Origin: Dehalococcoidia bacterium
GTDB lineage: Bacteria > Chloroflexota > Dehalococcoidia > Bin125
Length of the DNA stretch: 64,000 bases
Direction: 5' to 3'
Assembly (NCBI GenBank): GCA_963662615.2
Contig: CAXXSR010000001.1
Location: 1,696,001 to 1,760,000 of the forward strand
The notes below the pieces were generated by a model, which was not told where the DNA came from, searched no databases, and saw nothing but the letters and a program-made list of their open reading frames with translations. The position numbers were made by a program, and so were the translations under genes. Below are positions 1 through 9,990 of this stretch, one piece after another; position 1 is the stretch's first letter, and every line of letters begins with the position of its first letter.

Positions 1-1420
1 GCCGCTCCACCAGACCGTGATGGCGCCATTCCGGCGCTACACAGAGCAGTTCCAGTGTGGCCGTGCCACCTCCGTCAGCGTGTTCGGGCCGCGCGGCGTC
101 GCGATAGGAGAGCGCGACGCCGCCAACGATGCGCCCGTCTTGGACCGCAACCCAAACGCCGCCGTCACCGCCGACGGCACGATCAAACGCCGCCTCAATG
201 GCGGGCTCGCGCTCGGCGCGCTGCGCGGGATCGCCGATGAGCTCGCGATAGCCGGCGGTGTCGGCAGCGCCGGCTGGTCGGACGAGCACTTGGCCGTCGG
301 GAGGCCGCTCGATCGGATACCCGGTGACCAGCACGTCCTCGCCAAAATGCTCAATGGTCACGTCGCGAAGGCGCACGGCGTCCGCGACCCGTTGCGCGCC
401 CGCGCCCCCCACCGCCGTCGCGCCCTCCCCACCAATGATCATGGGCGCGATCACGGCGTGCACCTTGTTCACCAAGCGCGCGTCAACGAAAGAGCCGTGG
501 ACCTGACCGCCGCCTTCTACGAGCAGGGAGACGATGCCATGTTCGCCGCCCAGAATGTCGAGGAGCGGAGCCAGCGCAACACGTCCGTCCTCCCCCGGCA
601 GCTCCAGGACCTGCGCGCCGGCGGTCTCGATTTGCGCTCGCCAGTCCGCCGGCGCCGCGGGGGTCGTGGCGATGAGCGTCCGCGCGATGTCTTGATCCTG
701 GAGCACGCGGGCGCCGGCCGGCGTGCGGCCGCGGCTGTCGAGCACGATACGAAGGGGCTGTGGCACGTTGCTGCTGACCCCGTCCGGCCGAGCGGTTAGC
801 TGCGGGTCATCCAGCAGGATCGTATCCACCCCAACGAGGATGGCATCGATCGTGGGCCGTAGCCGGTGGGCCCAGGCGCGGGTGTGAGGGCCGCTGAGCC
901 AGCGCGAATCGCCGCTGGCAGCAGCGATCTTGCCATCGAGACTGGCGGCAAACTTCAGGATGACGAACGGGCGCGCTGTGCGACGGTGGTGCGTATATGC
1001 CTCATAGTGCCGCCGCGCCTCCTCAGCACCGTCACCGGCGCGCACCGTGAGGCCGGCAGCGCGCAAGAGCTGAATGCCGCGGCCGTCCACGCGAGGATCG
1101 GGATCGCCGGTGGCGACGACCACTTCAACGATCCCCGCCTGCGCAATGGCGTCAGTGCAAGGCGGCGTCCGACCGAGGGTTGAGCACGGCTCCAGCGTGA
1201 CGTACAGCGTAGCGCCGGCGGCGCTGGTTCCGGCGTCGCGGATGGCCATCACTTCCGCGTGAGGCTCCCCCGGGGACTGCGTGGCGCCTTCGCCGACGAG
1301 CCTGCCGTTCTTCACCAGCACCGCTCCCACGGCAGGATTGGGGGAGGTGGCGCCCAGGACGCTGCGGGCCAGGTCCAGCGCATGCCTCATGGAGTCGGAG
1401 ACGCTCTTCTCCACCGTCAC
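1..1420 (-). CDS. ribD: Riboflavin biosynthesis deaminase/reductase RibD with a C-terminal GNAT-like extension; runs off the window edge
   Basis: Manual translation from GTG 1420 (overlaps the dcd stop) gives SPNPAVGAVLV, HAEVMA, TLEPCSTLGRTPPC, KFAASLDGKIA and LLVEGGG. The frame stays open to base 2 (so it is absent from the ORF track) and ends in LCVAPEWRHHGL. Confidence 0.93.
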   Translation of the reverse strand, partial: MTVEKSVSDSMRHALDLARSVLGATSPNPAVGAVLVKNGRLVGEGATQSPGEPHAEVMAIRDAGTSAAGATLYVTLEPCSTLGRTPPCTDAIAQAGIVEVVVATGDPDPRVDGRGIQLLRAAGLTVRAGDGAEEARRHYEAYTHHRRTARPFVILKFAASLDGKIAAASGDSRWLSGPHTRAWAHRLRPTIDAILVGVDTILLDDPQLTARPDGVSSNVPQPLRIVLDSRGRTPAGARVLQDQDIARTLIATTPAAPADWRAQIETAGAQVLELPGEDGRVALAPLLDILGGEHGIVSLLVEGGGQVHGSFVDARLVNKVHAVIAPMIIGGEGATAVGGAGAQRVADAVRLRDVTIEHFGEDVLVTGYPIERPPDGQVLVRPAGAADTAGYRELIGDPAQRAEREPAIEAAFDRAVGGDGGVWVAVQDGRIVGGVALSYRDAARPEHADGGGTATLELLCVAPEWRHHGLVER

Positions 1421-2001
1421 GGCGATCTCCCCACGGGTTCATCCCAGATCCGACTCGCCAGGGCCGCGTCTTGGCCGGAGTACTTGTGATGCCGCTCGCT
1501 GCCGTAGGGCCGCTCAGCCGGGGACGAAAGCTGCTGGAACGTAAAGGCGCATATTCGCATGCCAGGATATAAGGCCACGGGCATGACGCCGAGGTTGCCA
1601 AGCTCCATGGCCGGCTTTCCGTCCCAGCCGGGATGGAAGAGGCTCGCGGTGCTGTGCACGATGATGCCCAGGCGGCCGAGGCTGCTTCGTCCCTCCAAGC
1701 GGCCCACGAGGTCAGGCGCCAGGGTCAGGCGCTCGAGCGTGGTTGCGAGCACGAGCTCGTGGGGATGCACAATGAACGGCTCATCCTGCGCCGGGGTGAT
1801 CTGCCGGGTGGCTCCTTGCGCTGTCTCAAGCCGGCGCGGATCGATGTACGGCAGCTTGGTTCGCTCGAAGACGAGAAACGACGCCCCAAGGCGGAAGTCG
1901 AGCGACGCAGGCCCAAGGCGCTCGGCTAGTCCGTCATCAGGATGGATGACGATACGACCGTCGGCCAAGGCCTCTTTAATGTCCCGATCCGAGAGGAGCA
2001 T
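1417..2001 (-). CDS. dcd: dCTP deaminase
   Basis: MLLSDRDIK, PASLDFRLG, LEGRSSLGRLGIIVHSTA, PGWDG and ELGNLG motifs. Start moved to ATG 2001. Confidence 0.95.
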   Translation of the reverse strand: MLLSDRDIKEALADGRIVIHPDDGLAERLGPASLDFRLGASFLVFERTKLPYIDPRRLETAQGATRQITPAQDEPFIVHPHELVLATTLERLTLAPDLVGRLEGRSSLGRLGIIVHSTASLFHPGWDGKPAMELGNLGVMPVALYPGMRICAFTFQQLSSPAERPYGSERHHKYSGQDAALASRIWDEPVGRSP

Positions 2002-2228
2002 CCAACCCTCCATGCGGGGACAGGAAGCGGGCGGCGCTCCGCCCGCCCGCGCTGCCATCGCACAGGGTATTTTCGCACGGGAGCGAGCGAATGCCACAAC
2101 GACGTGGATTCTAACTCTGGCCCACACATCGTGAGGGGCGGATGGAGCAAGGGAGGGCGAGGGAACGAGAAGCGAAACCGGGAGGGGAGAGAATCGTCGT
2201 CGCCACCGCGAAGCTGGGAGGTGAGCGT

Positions 2229-3517
2229 CTACGCGCGCCTGCGGCGGAACCAGAGAGCAGCGAGCAGGCCCGCGCCCGCGCTGGCCGCCAGCGCGATCTC
2301 GACTGTCAGCAGCCAGTCGTCCCCGCTGCCAGGTTCGTCGCGGGCAACCTGTGCCGGAGGTGCGTCGCTGGAGGGAGCGGGCTGCGCTGCAGGCGCCGCT
2401 GCGCCTGCCGCCGGGCCGGGGGCCGCAGGCTCGGTCCTCAAGGCGGGCGCTTCGCCGCCGCTCGCGCGGGGCGGTACGGATTCGACGTCCGCGGACCGCG
2501 TGGGCGTCTGCGGGGGCTCGTCCCTCGCGTCCGGCGGGGCGGTTGGCGGTGCGGCGTCAGCGGTCCGGGGTTCCTGGGCCGGCGACGCGGGAGCGGCCGT
2601 GGGCTCCTGATCCGTCTCGGGCTCGCTGGGAGCTGCCGCAGCGAGGGCGGCAGCCTCCCCCTTTTCGTCATCGGCGGCGGCTTCCGCCTCGCCGGACAGC
2701 GATTCGGGTGCAGCGGTGTCTGCCGGAGTCCCCTCGGCTGCGGGGATGGCGACCGACTCCGGCTCATCCGGCTCGTCAGCGGTGGCATCCGCGGAGGCGT
2801 CCTGCTCAACTTCCGGCGGAACGGTGGCGGCAGTTGCGGATTCGACCTCGCTGTCTTGGGGCGAGGCTGACGGTGCGGCCTGCTCGTCGCTGGCGCCTTG
2901 ATCGCTGGGCGAAGGGCCCGTCGGCGCGCTCGTGTCTGGAACCGCTTCGGTCGCCGCGGGGGAAGGCAGCGATTCTTGTGGATCCGCCGGGGCAGGCGCT
3001 TCCGCTGGGGAGACGGCAGCCGCGACGGCGGCGCCGTCGTCCGGCCGAGCTTGCGCCGGTGCCGGCGCTTGCGCGGGCTGCTCCTCAAGCGGCACCACCT
3101 CGGCCGCGGAGGGCACGAGTGCGACGGCAGGACTCGTGGTGGAGTCATCCTGCGAGAGATCCACGACGATGACCGCAGCGAGCGCCGCGGCCGCGACGGT
3201 GGAGAACGTCGCGGCGGTGCGCATGCCGAGCACCCCTCCACCCAGGACGCCCCAGCCCCACCGCACGGGTCCGCCCGCGGATGCGGTCCCCGCTGCCTCC
3301 TCAGGGTCAGAGTGAAGCTCCGCCGGGGTTGCACTGCCGGGAGATCGCGGAGGACCGCCTTCGTGGCGCGAAGACTCTCGACCTCCTCTCGCAGGCGCGG
3401 CGAGGCCGTCAGTTGGCGCGAGAAGGCGTCTCGACGGCGCGGCGACAGTTCGCCATCCACGAAGGCGGATGCCTCATCGAACCAGTTGGAGCAGCGCCGG
3501 AAGACACGCCCGATCAC
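2229..3517 (-). pseudogene. Anti-sigma factor (degenerate ZAS-type N-terminus, TM, Pro/Ala/acidic linker, C-terminal TM), frameshifted near 3304-3306
   Basis: The N-terminus SAFVDGELSP...PRRSFTLT is in the 2438..3517 frame and the TM/C-terminal part is in the 2229..3266 frame. Adding one C to CTGACCCTGAG restores SFTLTPEEAA. The start overlaps the sigma stop. Confidence 0.8.
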
Positions 3518-4173
3518 GGGTGACTCCTCGCAGGGGACGGATCAGCTGATCCCTCCCTCTCTGCTAGACGTTGTACCTGCCCGGGTAGTTCCCCTTGCCC
3601 TCGCAGGTAGTCGCGCAGGCGGCTGCGGCCACGGCTAATCCGTGACTTGACGGTGCCGACGGAGGTCCCCATGCATCTGGCGATCTCTTCGTAGGAGTGC
3701 CCGTGCACGTCGGCCAGAAGCACTGCCATGCGTTGATCGGCAGGGAGTGCCGCCAGGCCGCGCTGGATCACGCGTACCGTTTCGGCATCCAGCGACCGCT
3801 CCTCTGGGGAGCGCCCGGCGGCGGGGCCCATGACCGCCTCGCCACTGTCCGCCACCAGCACGTCCAGGGAGTCGGTGGGACGTCGCTTACGCTTGCGCAA
3901 TTCGTCACGGCACTGATTGCCCGCGATGCGGAGAATCCAGGCCTGAAAGGATCCGCCGCGATATCCGCCCAGCCCGCGCCAGGCGGAGATGAAGGTCTCT
4001 TGACTGGCGTCTTCCGCTGCACTCGCCGACGCGAGCATGCGGAGACAGAGCCCGAAAACCGGTCGCTGATAGCGCACAACGAGGGCATTGAACGAGCTGA
4101 GATCGTCGGCTTGTGCGCGCCGTGCAAGCTCGTCATCGCTTAGAGGATGGAGTCGATTGTTCTCGGTCCCCAT
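3514..4173 (-). CDS. ECF RNA polymerase sigma-70 factor
   Basis: AEDASQETFISAWR (region 2), FQAWILRIAGN, SYEEIARCMGTSVGTVKSRISRGR (region 4). Confidence 0.95.
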   Translation of the reverse strand: MGTENNRLHPLSDDELARRAQADDLSSFNALVVRYQRPVFGLCLRMLASASAAEDASQETFISAWRGLGGYRGGSFQAWILRIAGNQCRDELRKRKRRPTDSLDVLVADSGEAVMGPAAGRSPEERSLDAETVRVIQRGLAALPADQRMAVLLADVHGHSYEEIARCMGTSVGTVKSRISRGRSRLRDYLRGQGELPGQVQRLAEREGSADPSPARSHP

Positions 4174-4339
4174 GCCACCCCGCGTTCGTCCGCCCGCGAG
4201 ACGGGCACCCGACAGGCCGAAGCCATGCCTGTCGGAGCACGGACAAGCATCCGCTGGAGTGTATCAGCGCGACATTGTTGGCACAGGCGAGCGCTTGGCG
4301 GCAAGATGAGCGTGGACACCGACTGTCCCGGGAACGTAG

Positions 4340-5185
4340 ATGCCACTGGTCTCTTCTTTGCCGATGATTGCGAGCGCCTTTGGCCGGGGCCGGGCGGTCC
4401 TGGCGTTCAACGTCTCCAGCCTGGAGATGGCGCAGGGCGTGGTGGAGGCCGCCGAAGCAAGCGGCCGTCCGGTCGTTGTGCAGTTCAACCGCGCCGGCTT
4501 GCAACACATTGGCGGCGTGCACGTGGCGGCCAGCGCGATCGGGGCGCTCGCCGGGGCGGCGTCTACACCCGTGGCGTTGCATCTCGACCATGCCGATACC
4601 GTGGCGGAGCTGCACGCCGCCGCCGCAGCAGGCTTCACCTCCCTCATGATCGACGGCTCAACGCTCCCCTTCGCCGAGCATGTCGCCTTGGCGCGTGAGG
4701 GACGCGCGGTCGCGACGAGCGCAGGCTGCCCGCTCGAGGCGGAGCTGGGCCACGTGGCCGGGACCGAGGCCGGTGTACGCATCGCCGCGGAGTCGCTGAC
4801 GGACCCCGAGCAGGCGGCGCGATTCGTGACGGCTACGGGCGTGGAGATGCTGGCGGTCTCTATTGGCAACGTCCACGGCCGGGCGCCGTCCTCACCATCG
4901 TTAGACCTGGTGCGGCTCGAGCGGATCCGCGCGATGACTGCGATCCCGTTGGTGCTTCACGGCGCATCGGGGCTCGCCCCTACGTCGATAGAAGCCGCGG
5001 TCACAAGGGGGGTCGCCAAAATCAACGTTGGGACCGGCGTGCACAGCGCTTTCGTGGCGGGCTTGCGAAGCGGCCTCGCCGGCTCCGACGACGGACGCGA
5101 GGTCCTGGCCGCCGCCCGAGACGCCGTCCGCCATTACGCCGATGCGTTGCTGCGCGCGCCCTATGCCCTGGCCGGAGTTGATTGA
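4340..5185 (+). CDS. fba: Class II fructose/tagatose-bisphosphate aldolase
   Basis: HLDH, SLMIDGS, EAELGHVAG, LAVSIGNVHG, LVLHGASG and KINVGT motifs. Confidence 0.9.
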   Translation: MPLVSSLPMIASAFGRGRAVLAFNVSSLEMAQGVVEAAEASGRPVVVQFNRAGLQHIGGVHVAASAIGALAGAASTPVALHLDHADTVAELHAAAAAGFTSLMIDGSTLPFAEHVALAREGRAVATSAGCPLEAELGHVAGTEAGVRIAAESLTDPEQAARFVTATGVEMLAVSIGNVHGRAPSSPSLDLVRLERIRAMTAIPLVLHGASGLAPTSIEAAVTRGVAKINVGTGVHSAFVAGLRSGLAGSDDGREVLAAARDAVRHYADALLRAPYALAGVD

Positions 5186-5271
5186 GCGCTCGCCATGCAA
5201 CCCAGAGCGATTGGCAGCACTGACGCTCGGGGCTACGCTGAGCAGGGCCCGATCTGGAGCCGGCGGACTCT

Positions 5272-5901
5272 ATGAATCTGCGCTACGGCCTTCTTCGAGA
5301 GCTTGTTGAGATCGCGATCCTGGCGCTCTTGGTGTTCTTGCTCGCGCGCGAGGCGGTTCAGAACTTTCAGGTCGAGGGGTCCAGCATGGCGCCGACGCTC
5401 GACAGCCGCGAGTTTGTCCTTGTCAACAAGTTCTCCTATTGGCAGGTGGATTGGGGACCTATGGACTTCCTGATCCCGGGGAAGAGCAACGGTGACTACC
5501 TGTTCGGCGGGCCCAAGCGTGGCGACGTCGTCGTCTTTCGCTCACCGTTCGACGATTCGCGCGATTTCGTCAAGCGGGTGATCGGGCTGCCGGGCGACAG
5601 CGTGGAGATCCGCGACGGCCTGGTCTTTGTCAACGGCGCGGGGTTGGATGAGAAGGACTACATCTCGGCGCCGCCCTCCTACACGTGCCGCCCGGCGACG
5701 TGCGGGCCCATGACGGTGCCGCCCAACCACTACTTCGTGCTGGGCGACAACCGCAACGCCAGCCAGGACTCTCACGTGTTCGGCCCCGTCCACAAACGGC
5801 TCCTTGTAGGCAAAGCGATCTTCCGCTGGTACCCACTGGATCGGATTGGTGACGCGGGCGGTCAAGATCTCGTCACCGTGGACGGGACGAGCTTGCCGTG
5901 A
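5272..5901 (+). CDS. lepB: Signal peptidase I
   Basis: N-terminal TM, GSSMAPTL (Ser), FVKRVIGLPGD (Lys), GDNRNASQDS. Confidence 0.96.
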   Translation: MNLRYGLLRELVEIAILALLVFLLAREAVQNFQVEGSSMAPTLDSREFVLVNKFSYWQVDWGPMDFLIPGKSNGDYLFGGPKRGDVVVFRSPFDDSRDFVKRVIGLPGDSVEIRDGLVFVNGAGLDEKDYISAPPSYTCRPATCGPMTVPPNHYFVLGDNRNASQDSHVFGPVHKRLLVGKAIFRWYPLDRIGDAGGQDLVTVDGTSLP

Positions 5902-6464
5902 GCGTGGCCGCGGAGCCGCTGCAGCTCCTGCGCGACGCCGGCGCAGTCCTGGAAGGGCATTTCCAGCTCACATCAGGACGGCACAGCGCCATCTACGTTG
6001 AAAAGTTCCGCCTCTTGGAGGACCCAGCCGCGACCGGGGCGCTCTGCCGTCGAATCGCGGATCACTTTCGCGGCGCGGAGCCGGACGTGGTCGTTGGCCC
6101 CACAACGGGCGGGATCATTCTGGCCTATGAGACGGCCCGCGAACTGGCCGTCCGCAGCTTTTTCGCCGAGCCGCGCGGCGACGGCAGCGGGCGCGAGTTT
6201 CAACGAGGTTTTGCGTTCCGGCCCGGCGAGCGCACGCTGGTCGTGGACGACGTGCTCACGACCGGCGGATCGATTCGCGACACGATGGCGGCCGTGGTGC
6301 GAGCCGGCGGTAGGCCTGTCGGCGTTGGGGTGGTCGTGGATCGCAGTGGTGGTCGCACGGAGTTCGGCATGCCGTTCTTCGCGTGTATGACGTTGGACGT
6401 AGAGACGTACGCCGCCGAGAGCTGCCCGCTCTGCCGACAAGGCGTGCCCGCGGTGCAGACCTGA
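5898..6464 (+). CDS. pyrE: Orotate phosphoribosyltransferase
   Basis: GHFQLTSGRHS and the PRPP motif LVVDDVLTTGGS. GTGA overlap with lepB. Confidence 0.93.
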   Translation: MSVAAEPLQLLRDAGAVLEGHFQLTSGRHSAIYVEKFRLLEDPAATGALCRRIADHFRGAEPDVVVGPTTGGIILAYETARELAVRSFFAEPRGDGSGREFQRGFAFRPGERTLVVDDVLTTGGSIRDTMAAVVRAGGRPVGVGVVVDRSGGRTEFGMPFFACMTLDVETYAAESCPLCRQGVPAVQT

Positions 6465-6648
6465 CCGTGGAGCAGCGCCGCTAGGGCCATGGGCTCGGCG
6501 CGAATCGGTCCGGCTTCATCGCCGTGGCGAGGACGATCCCGGCCGTAAGGCCGTGATGGCCGCGCGCCGGGAAGGGCCGGGCCGGCGTCCCGTGGCAACC
6601 AGGGAGTGGACAACGCACGACGTGCGCCATGCGCGGCAAGATGTCGCC

Positions 6649-7344
6649 TTACGCGTAGATGCTGGGGTCCGCCGCTTGGGCGAAGAATCCGGGCGCCAGC
6701 CCCGCGGCGTTGGCAAGCAACGACATGATGACGGCGAAGAGGCTGAATCCGGCGATGTTGGCGACCAGGACCTCCTTGCGCGTGGCATCCGGCACGGCCG
6801 ACTCCAGCGCGGCATTGCTCATGGCGAACCAGGCCATCATGGACAGCAGGCCCACAGCGAAGCTCACCGCGGGGATGACCATGAGCAGCGTCGCCGCGGC
6901 TGGGAGTGTGGCGTAGCCCATGGTGCGGAGCAAGCGAGCACGATCCGCGCCGCGGTTGAACACGGCGGTGAGGGTGAGATGCGCGATCACGACCCAGCCA
7001 AGCCAGAGCGCGAAGGCAAACGTGGCGCCCAGGAGGAACTCACGCACGGCAATGCGGCCCGCGGAGAGCCCGTCGACATCGATGATCAGCCAGAGCCACC
7101 CGCCCACGGCCGAGAGCAGCACGGCGATGACGGCGATGAGGATGGCGGCCAACGTCTGCGAAGTGTCGTCGCGGACCTCTGCGAAGACGGTGGGATCGAA
7201 CCGGCTGAGGCGGCGCACGCGGTCGATCATGGCCCGCAGGTCGACGACTTGATCAGAGGGCCGCGGCGACAGCGAGCGGCACGGCGGGCTGCCAGGGCCA
7301 GGCCGTTCACCGCCGATGCGATCATCGGCGCTGACTTTGGCCAT
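6649..7344 (-). CDS. Yip1-like multi-pass membrane protein
   Basis: About 5 hydrophobic helices, LLRTMGYATLP motif, GAGGTG upstream of ATG 7344 (alternative start 7230). Confidence 0.65.
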   Translation of the reverse strand: MAKVSADDRIGGERPGPGSPPCRSLSPRPSDQVVDLRAMIDRVRRLSRFDPTVFAEVRDDTSQTLAAILIAVIAVLLSAVGGWLWLIIDVDGLSAGRIAVREFLLGATFAFALWLGWVVIAHLTLTAVFNRGADRARLLRTMGYATLPAAATLLMVIPAVSFAVGLLSMMAWFAMSNAALESAVPDATRKEVLVANIAGFSLFAVIMSLLANAAGLAPGFFAQAADPSIYA

Positions 7345-7463
7345 GGGTCACCTCACGGCCTTGGGTCCACCCGTGACTCGCCAAGAACCACACTACGCGC
7401 GTCCCCAAGGCGCGTCAACGCGCCGGAGCCTTTCGCAGATGAGCGCAGAAGCACGCGGCCGAG

Positions 7464-8231
7464 CTACGCTCCGGGGAGCAGGTCAAGCTTCCCCTCTTCC
7501 CCCCACTGCAGCGCGCAGCCGATGCGGGCGAGCTGGGTCAAGGTTTCACCGAACAGCCGATGCAACGCGACTAGGAACGTTGCGTCCTTGATCACGCCGC
7601 CGGTCTCGAAGCCAAGCCTGTTCAGCGCGAACGGCGACACGGGGCTGTTGGCACCGACTATTTTGCTTTCCAGGCGCCCATACTCGTGATCCGAAGCCGG
7701 AGAGCCGGGCGAGGACCAGGCCCCTGTGAGGCATCGCCGAACCTGGTCACGAAGAGTCGGGCTCGAGAAGAGCCGCCGCGCCAGCTGCCCGTCGCTTCGC
7801 TCGACAATGAAGCGGCGATCGAATTCGAGATCCCCCACCCCCATGCCTTGCGCGCGCGCCTGTCTCGCCAGGGGGCCAATGGAACCGGCTCTGCCGACCT
7901 TGAACTGGATGGGGTTCGCGCTGCGATAGTGGGCCACCACGCGGGTGCACCTCGCGGTCGCTGGTTCACCTCTCCCGAAATCTTGCGTGACGGTGTCCAG
8001 CGTCAGCGACCAGGGACCGACGGGCGCAACCACCCTTCGGTCCGTGGTCCTGAAGATCCATTGCTGATGCTCCTCGACAATGAGTTTCCCGCCTACCGTC
8101 GCGGCGAACTCGCGCAGGATGTCCACCTCGCTCTCCCAGGGGATGTTGTGGCGAGGCGCGTTTCGCAGCGCCGCGGCAAGGATCGCCTCCTCGTTCGCCG
8201 CGCTCGCTTCTGCGTCCGCTCCGCTGTTCAT
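7464..8231 (-). CDS. Hypothetical protein, DUF3137-like
   Basis: WSLTLDT...VGDLEFDRRFIV...LFSSPTLR pattern resembles DUF3137-annotated proteins. Start uncertain. Confidence 0.5.
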   Translation of the reverse strand: MNSGADAEASAANEEAILAAALRNAPRHNIPWESEVDILREFAATVGGKLIVEEHQQWIFRTTDRRVVAPVGPWSLTLDTVTQDFGRGEPATARCTRVVAHYRSANPIQFKVGRAGSIGPLARQARAQGMGVGDLEFDRRFIVERSDGQLARRLFSSPTLRDQVRRCLTGAWSSPGSPASDHEYGRLESKIVGANSPVSPFALNRLGFETGGVIKDATFLVALHRLFGETLTQLARIGCALQWGEEGKLDLLPGA

Positions 8232-8666
8232 GGCCGTAGTCGATCTCCCGCTCTGCGCCATGCTAGCGCGCGTGCGCTCGCCCAAACCGCCGAGCCGGCC
8301 ATTGTGCACCGCGTCACTGCCCTGCCGCCCGCCCCTTGTACCACTTCCCAAGTGAGTGCCAGGACCGTTCTGCGAGCCCAGGGGACGGGGTGTGGATGCG
8401 AGATCTCCGAGGCGGCCGACAGCCCACGGTATTGGACTGCGCGAGAGAGCGAAGTGGGAGTAGTACATCGGGGTGGAGGTCGGTTGGTCCGGTCTTCTAC
8501 CGGTTCTTGCCCAGCACCGTGAGGGATCCAATTCCTCCATAGGCGCACCAGATCTCGGGCGGTACAGTCCCTTCGAGCGCAGTACGGTGATGGAAGCAGC
8601 GTATCTGCCGCGGTCGGACGAAGGTCGCTCATGGACGACGACTGTGAGAGCAACCGTAAGGGCGCT

Positions 8667-9990
8667 ATGGCAGCTGAGAAGCTAGGGATGGTTGTTGGCG
8701 GAGGCCCGGCGCCAGGAATCAACGGTGTGATTGCGGCGGCGGGCCTTGAGGCCTTGAATCGCGGGGTGGTGCCCGTCGGCTTCTACGACGGTTTCCTGCA
8801 CCTGACCGCCGATCATTTCGACCCAGACCAACACACGACCGCGCTCTCGTTCGGGTTGTTGAGCCGGATCCATTTTGAAGGAGGGTCCGTCCTTCGGACA
8901 GCGCGAACGCACCTGCTTGACCAGCGTCAGCTCGCGAAATCGCCCGTTGTCCGAGCAGATCCGGAATAAGGTCGCCCGCGTGCGCGAGCGGCTGCTGTCC
9001 ATGGGGGTGACGCGGCTGCTCACAATTGGCGGAGATGATACGGCCTTGAGCGCGCGGTTTCTGGCTGAGGCCTCCGACGAGTCCCTCCGCGTTGTGCACG
9101 TTCCCAAGACTATCGACAACGATCTTCCCCTGCCCGGCGACATTCCGACATTCGGGTTCGCCACCGCTCGTCATGCGGGTGCAGAGATCGTGACAAATCT
9201 CATGAACGACGCGCAGACCTCGCCGCGCTGGTATGTCGTTGTCACGATGGGCAGAAATGCTGGATTCCTGGCGCTCGGGATCGGGAAGGCAGTAGGCGCA
9301 ACGGTGACGTTGATCCCTGAGGAATTCGCGGAGAATACGACCCTCGAAGAGATCGCCGACATCCTGGAGACGTCGATCCTCAAGCGCCGAGTCCTAGGCC
9401 GCCCAGACGGTGTCGCCATCCTCGCCGAAGGCCTCGCTTACAGGCTCGGCGATCGCTCTGAGATCGCCCGATTGATCGGGCGAGACGTGCCCGTCGATGC
9501 CGCCGGACATCCGCAACTTTCGCAAGTACCGCTCGCCCGGCTGGTGGTCGACGTCCTGTCGCAGCGGTTCGGCGCACGCGGCGATTCGCTGCCGATCATC
9601 GGCCACACGCTGGGATGGGAGCTCCGCAGCGCACGGCCACTCACCTCAGACCTGTCATACACGCGAGACTTGGGACACGGCGGCGTGCGGCTTCTTTGCG
9701 ATCCACCCGCGGGACTGCCCACCGGCGCGATGGTCACCATTCAAGGAGGCAATCTCGTGCCGGTTCCGTTCAGTGCAATGATCGACCCCACGACCAACCG
9801 GACACGCATCCGGCAGGTGGATCTCAAGAGCTACACCTATTCCGTGGCGCACGCGTACATGATCCGGCTCACAGCAGCCGACCTTGATTCTCAAGAGCTG
9901 CTCGCAGCACTGGCGAAGGAGGGCGGTTTGACCACCCGTCAATTCCGCGATCGCTTCGGCTACCTCGTCGCCCCCGCGGAGACGCAATGA
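8667..9990 (+). pseudogene. pfkA: Pyrophosphate-type 6-phosphofructokinase, frameshifted at about 8964-8969
   Basis: GGGPAPGINGVI and GGSVLRTAR in one frame end at CCG GAA TAA. IGGDDT, PKTIDNDL and MGRNAG continue in another frame. Removing one base joins them. Confidence 0.85.

Noticed and set aside
17-799. Long plus-strand ORF, and the many similar antisense or overlapping ORFs in the track (e.g. 6553..7689, 33842..35317, 46257..47993)
   Set aside because: These are shadow ORFs opposite motif-bearing genes, expected at high GC, and show no family motifs.
2094-2138. CCAC-N6-GTGG and a nearby CAC..GTG upstream of dcd as possible NrdR boxes
   Set aside because: Half-site spacing and box separation do not fit the 16-bp tandem NrdR consensus.
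2002-2228. Possible FMN riboswitch upstream of dcd-ribD
   Set aside because: No RFN core sequences on the minus strand.
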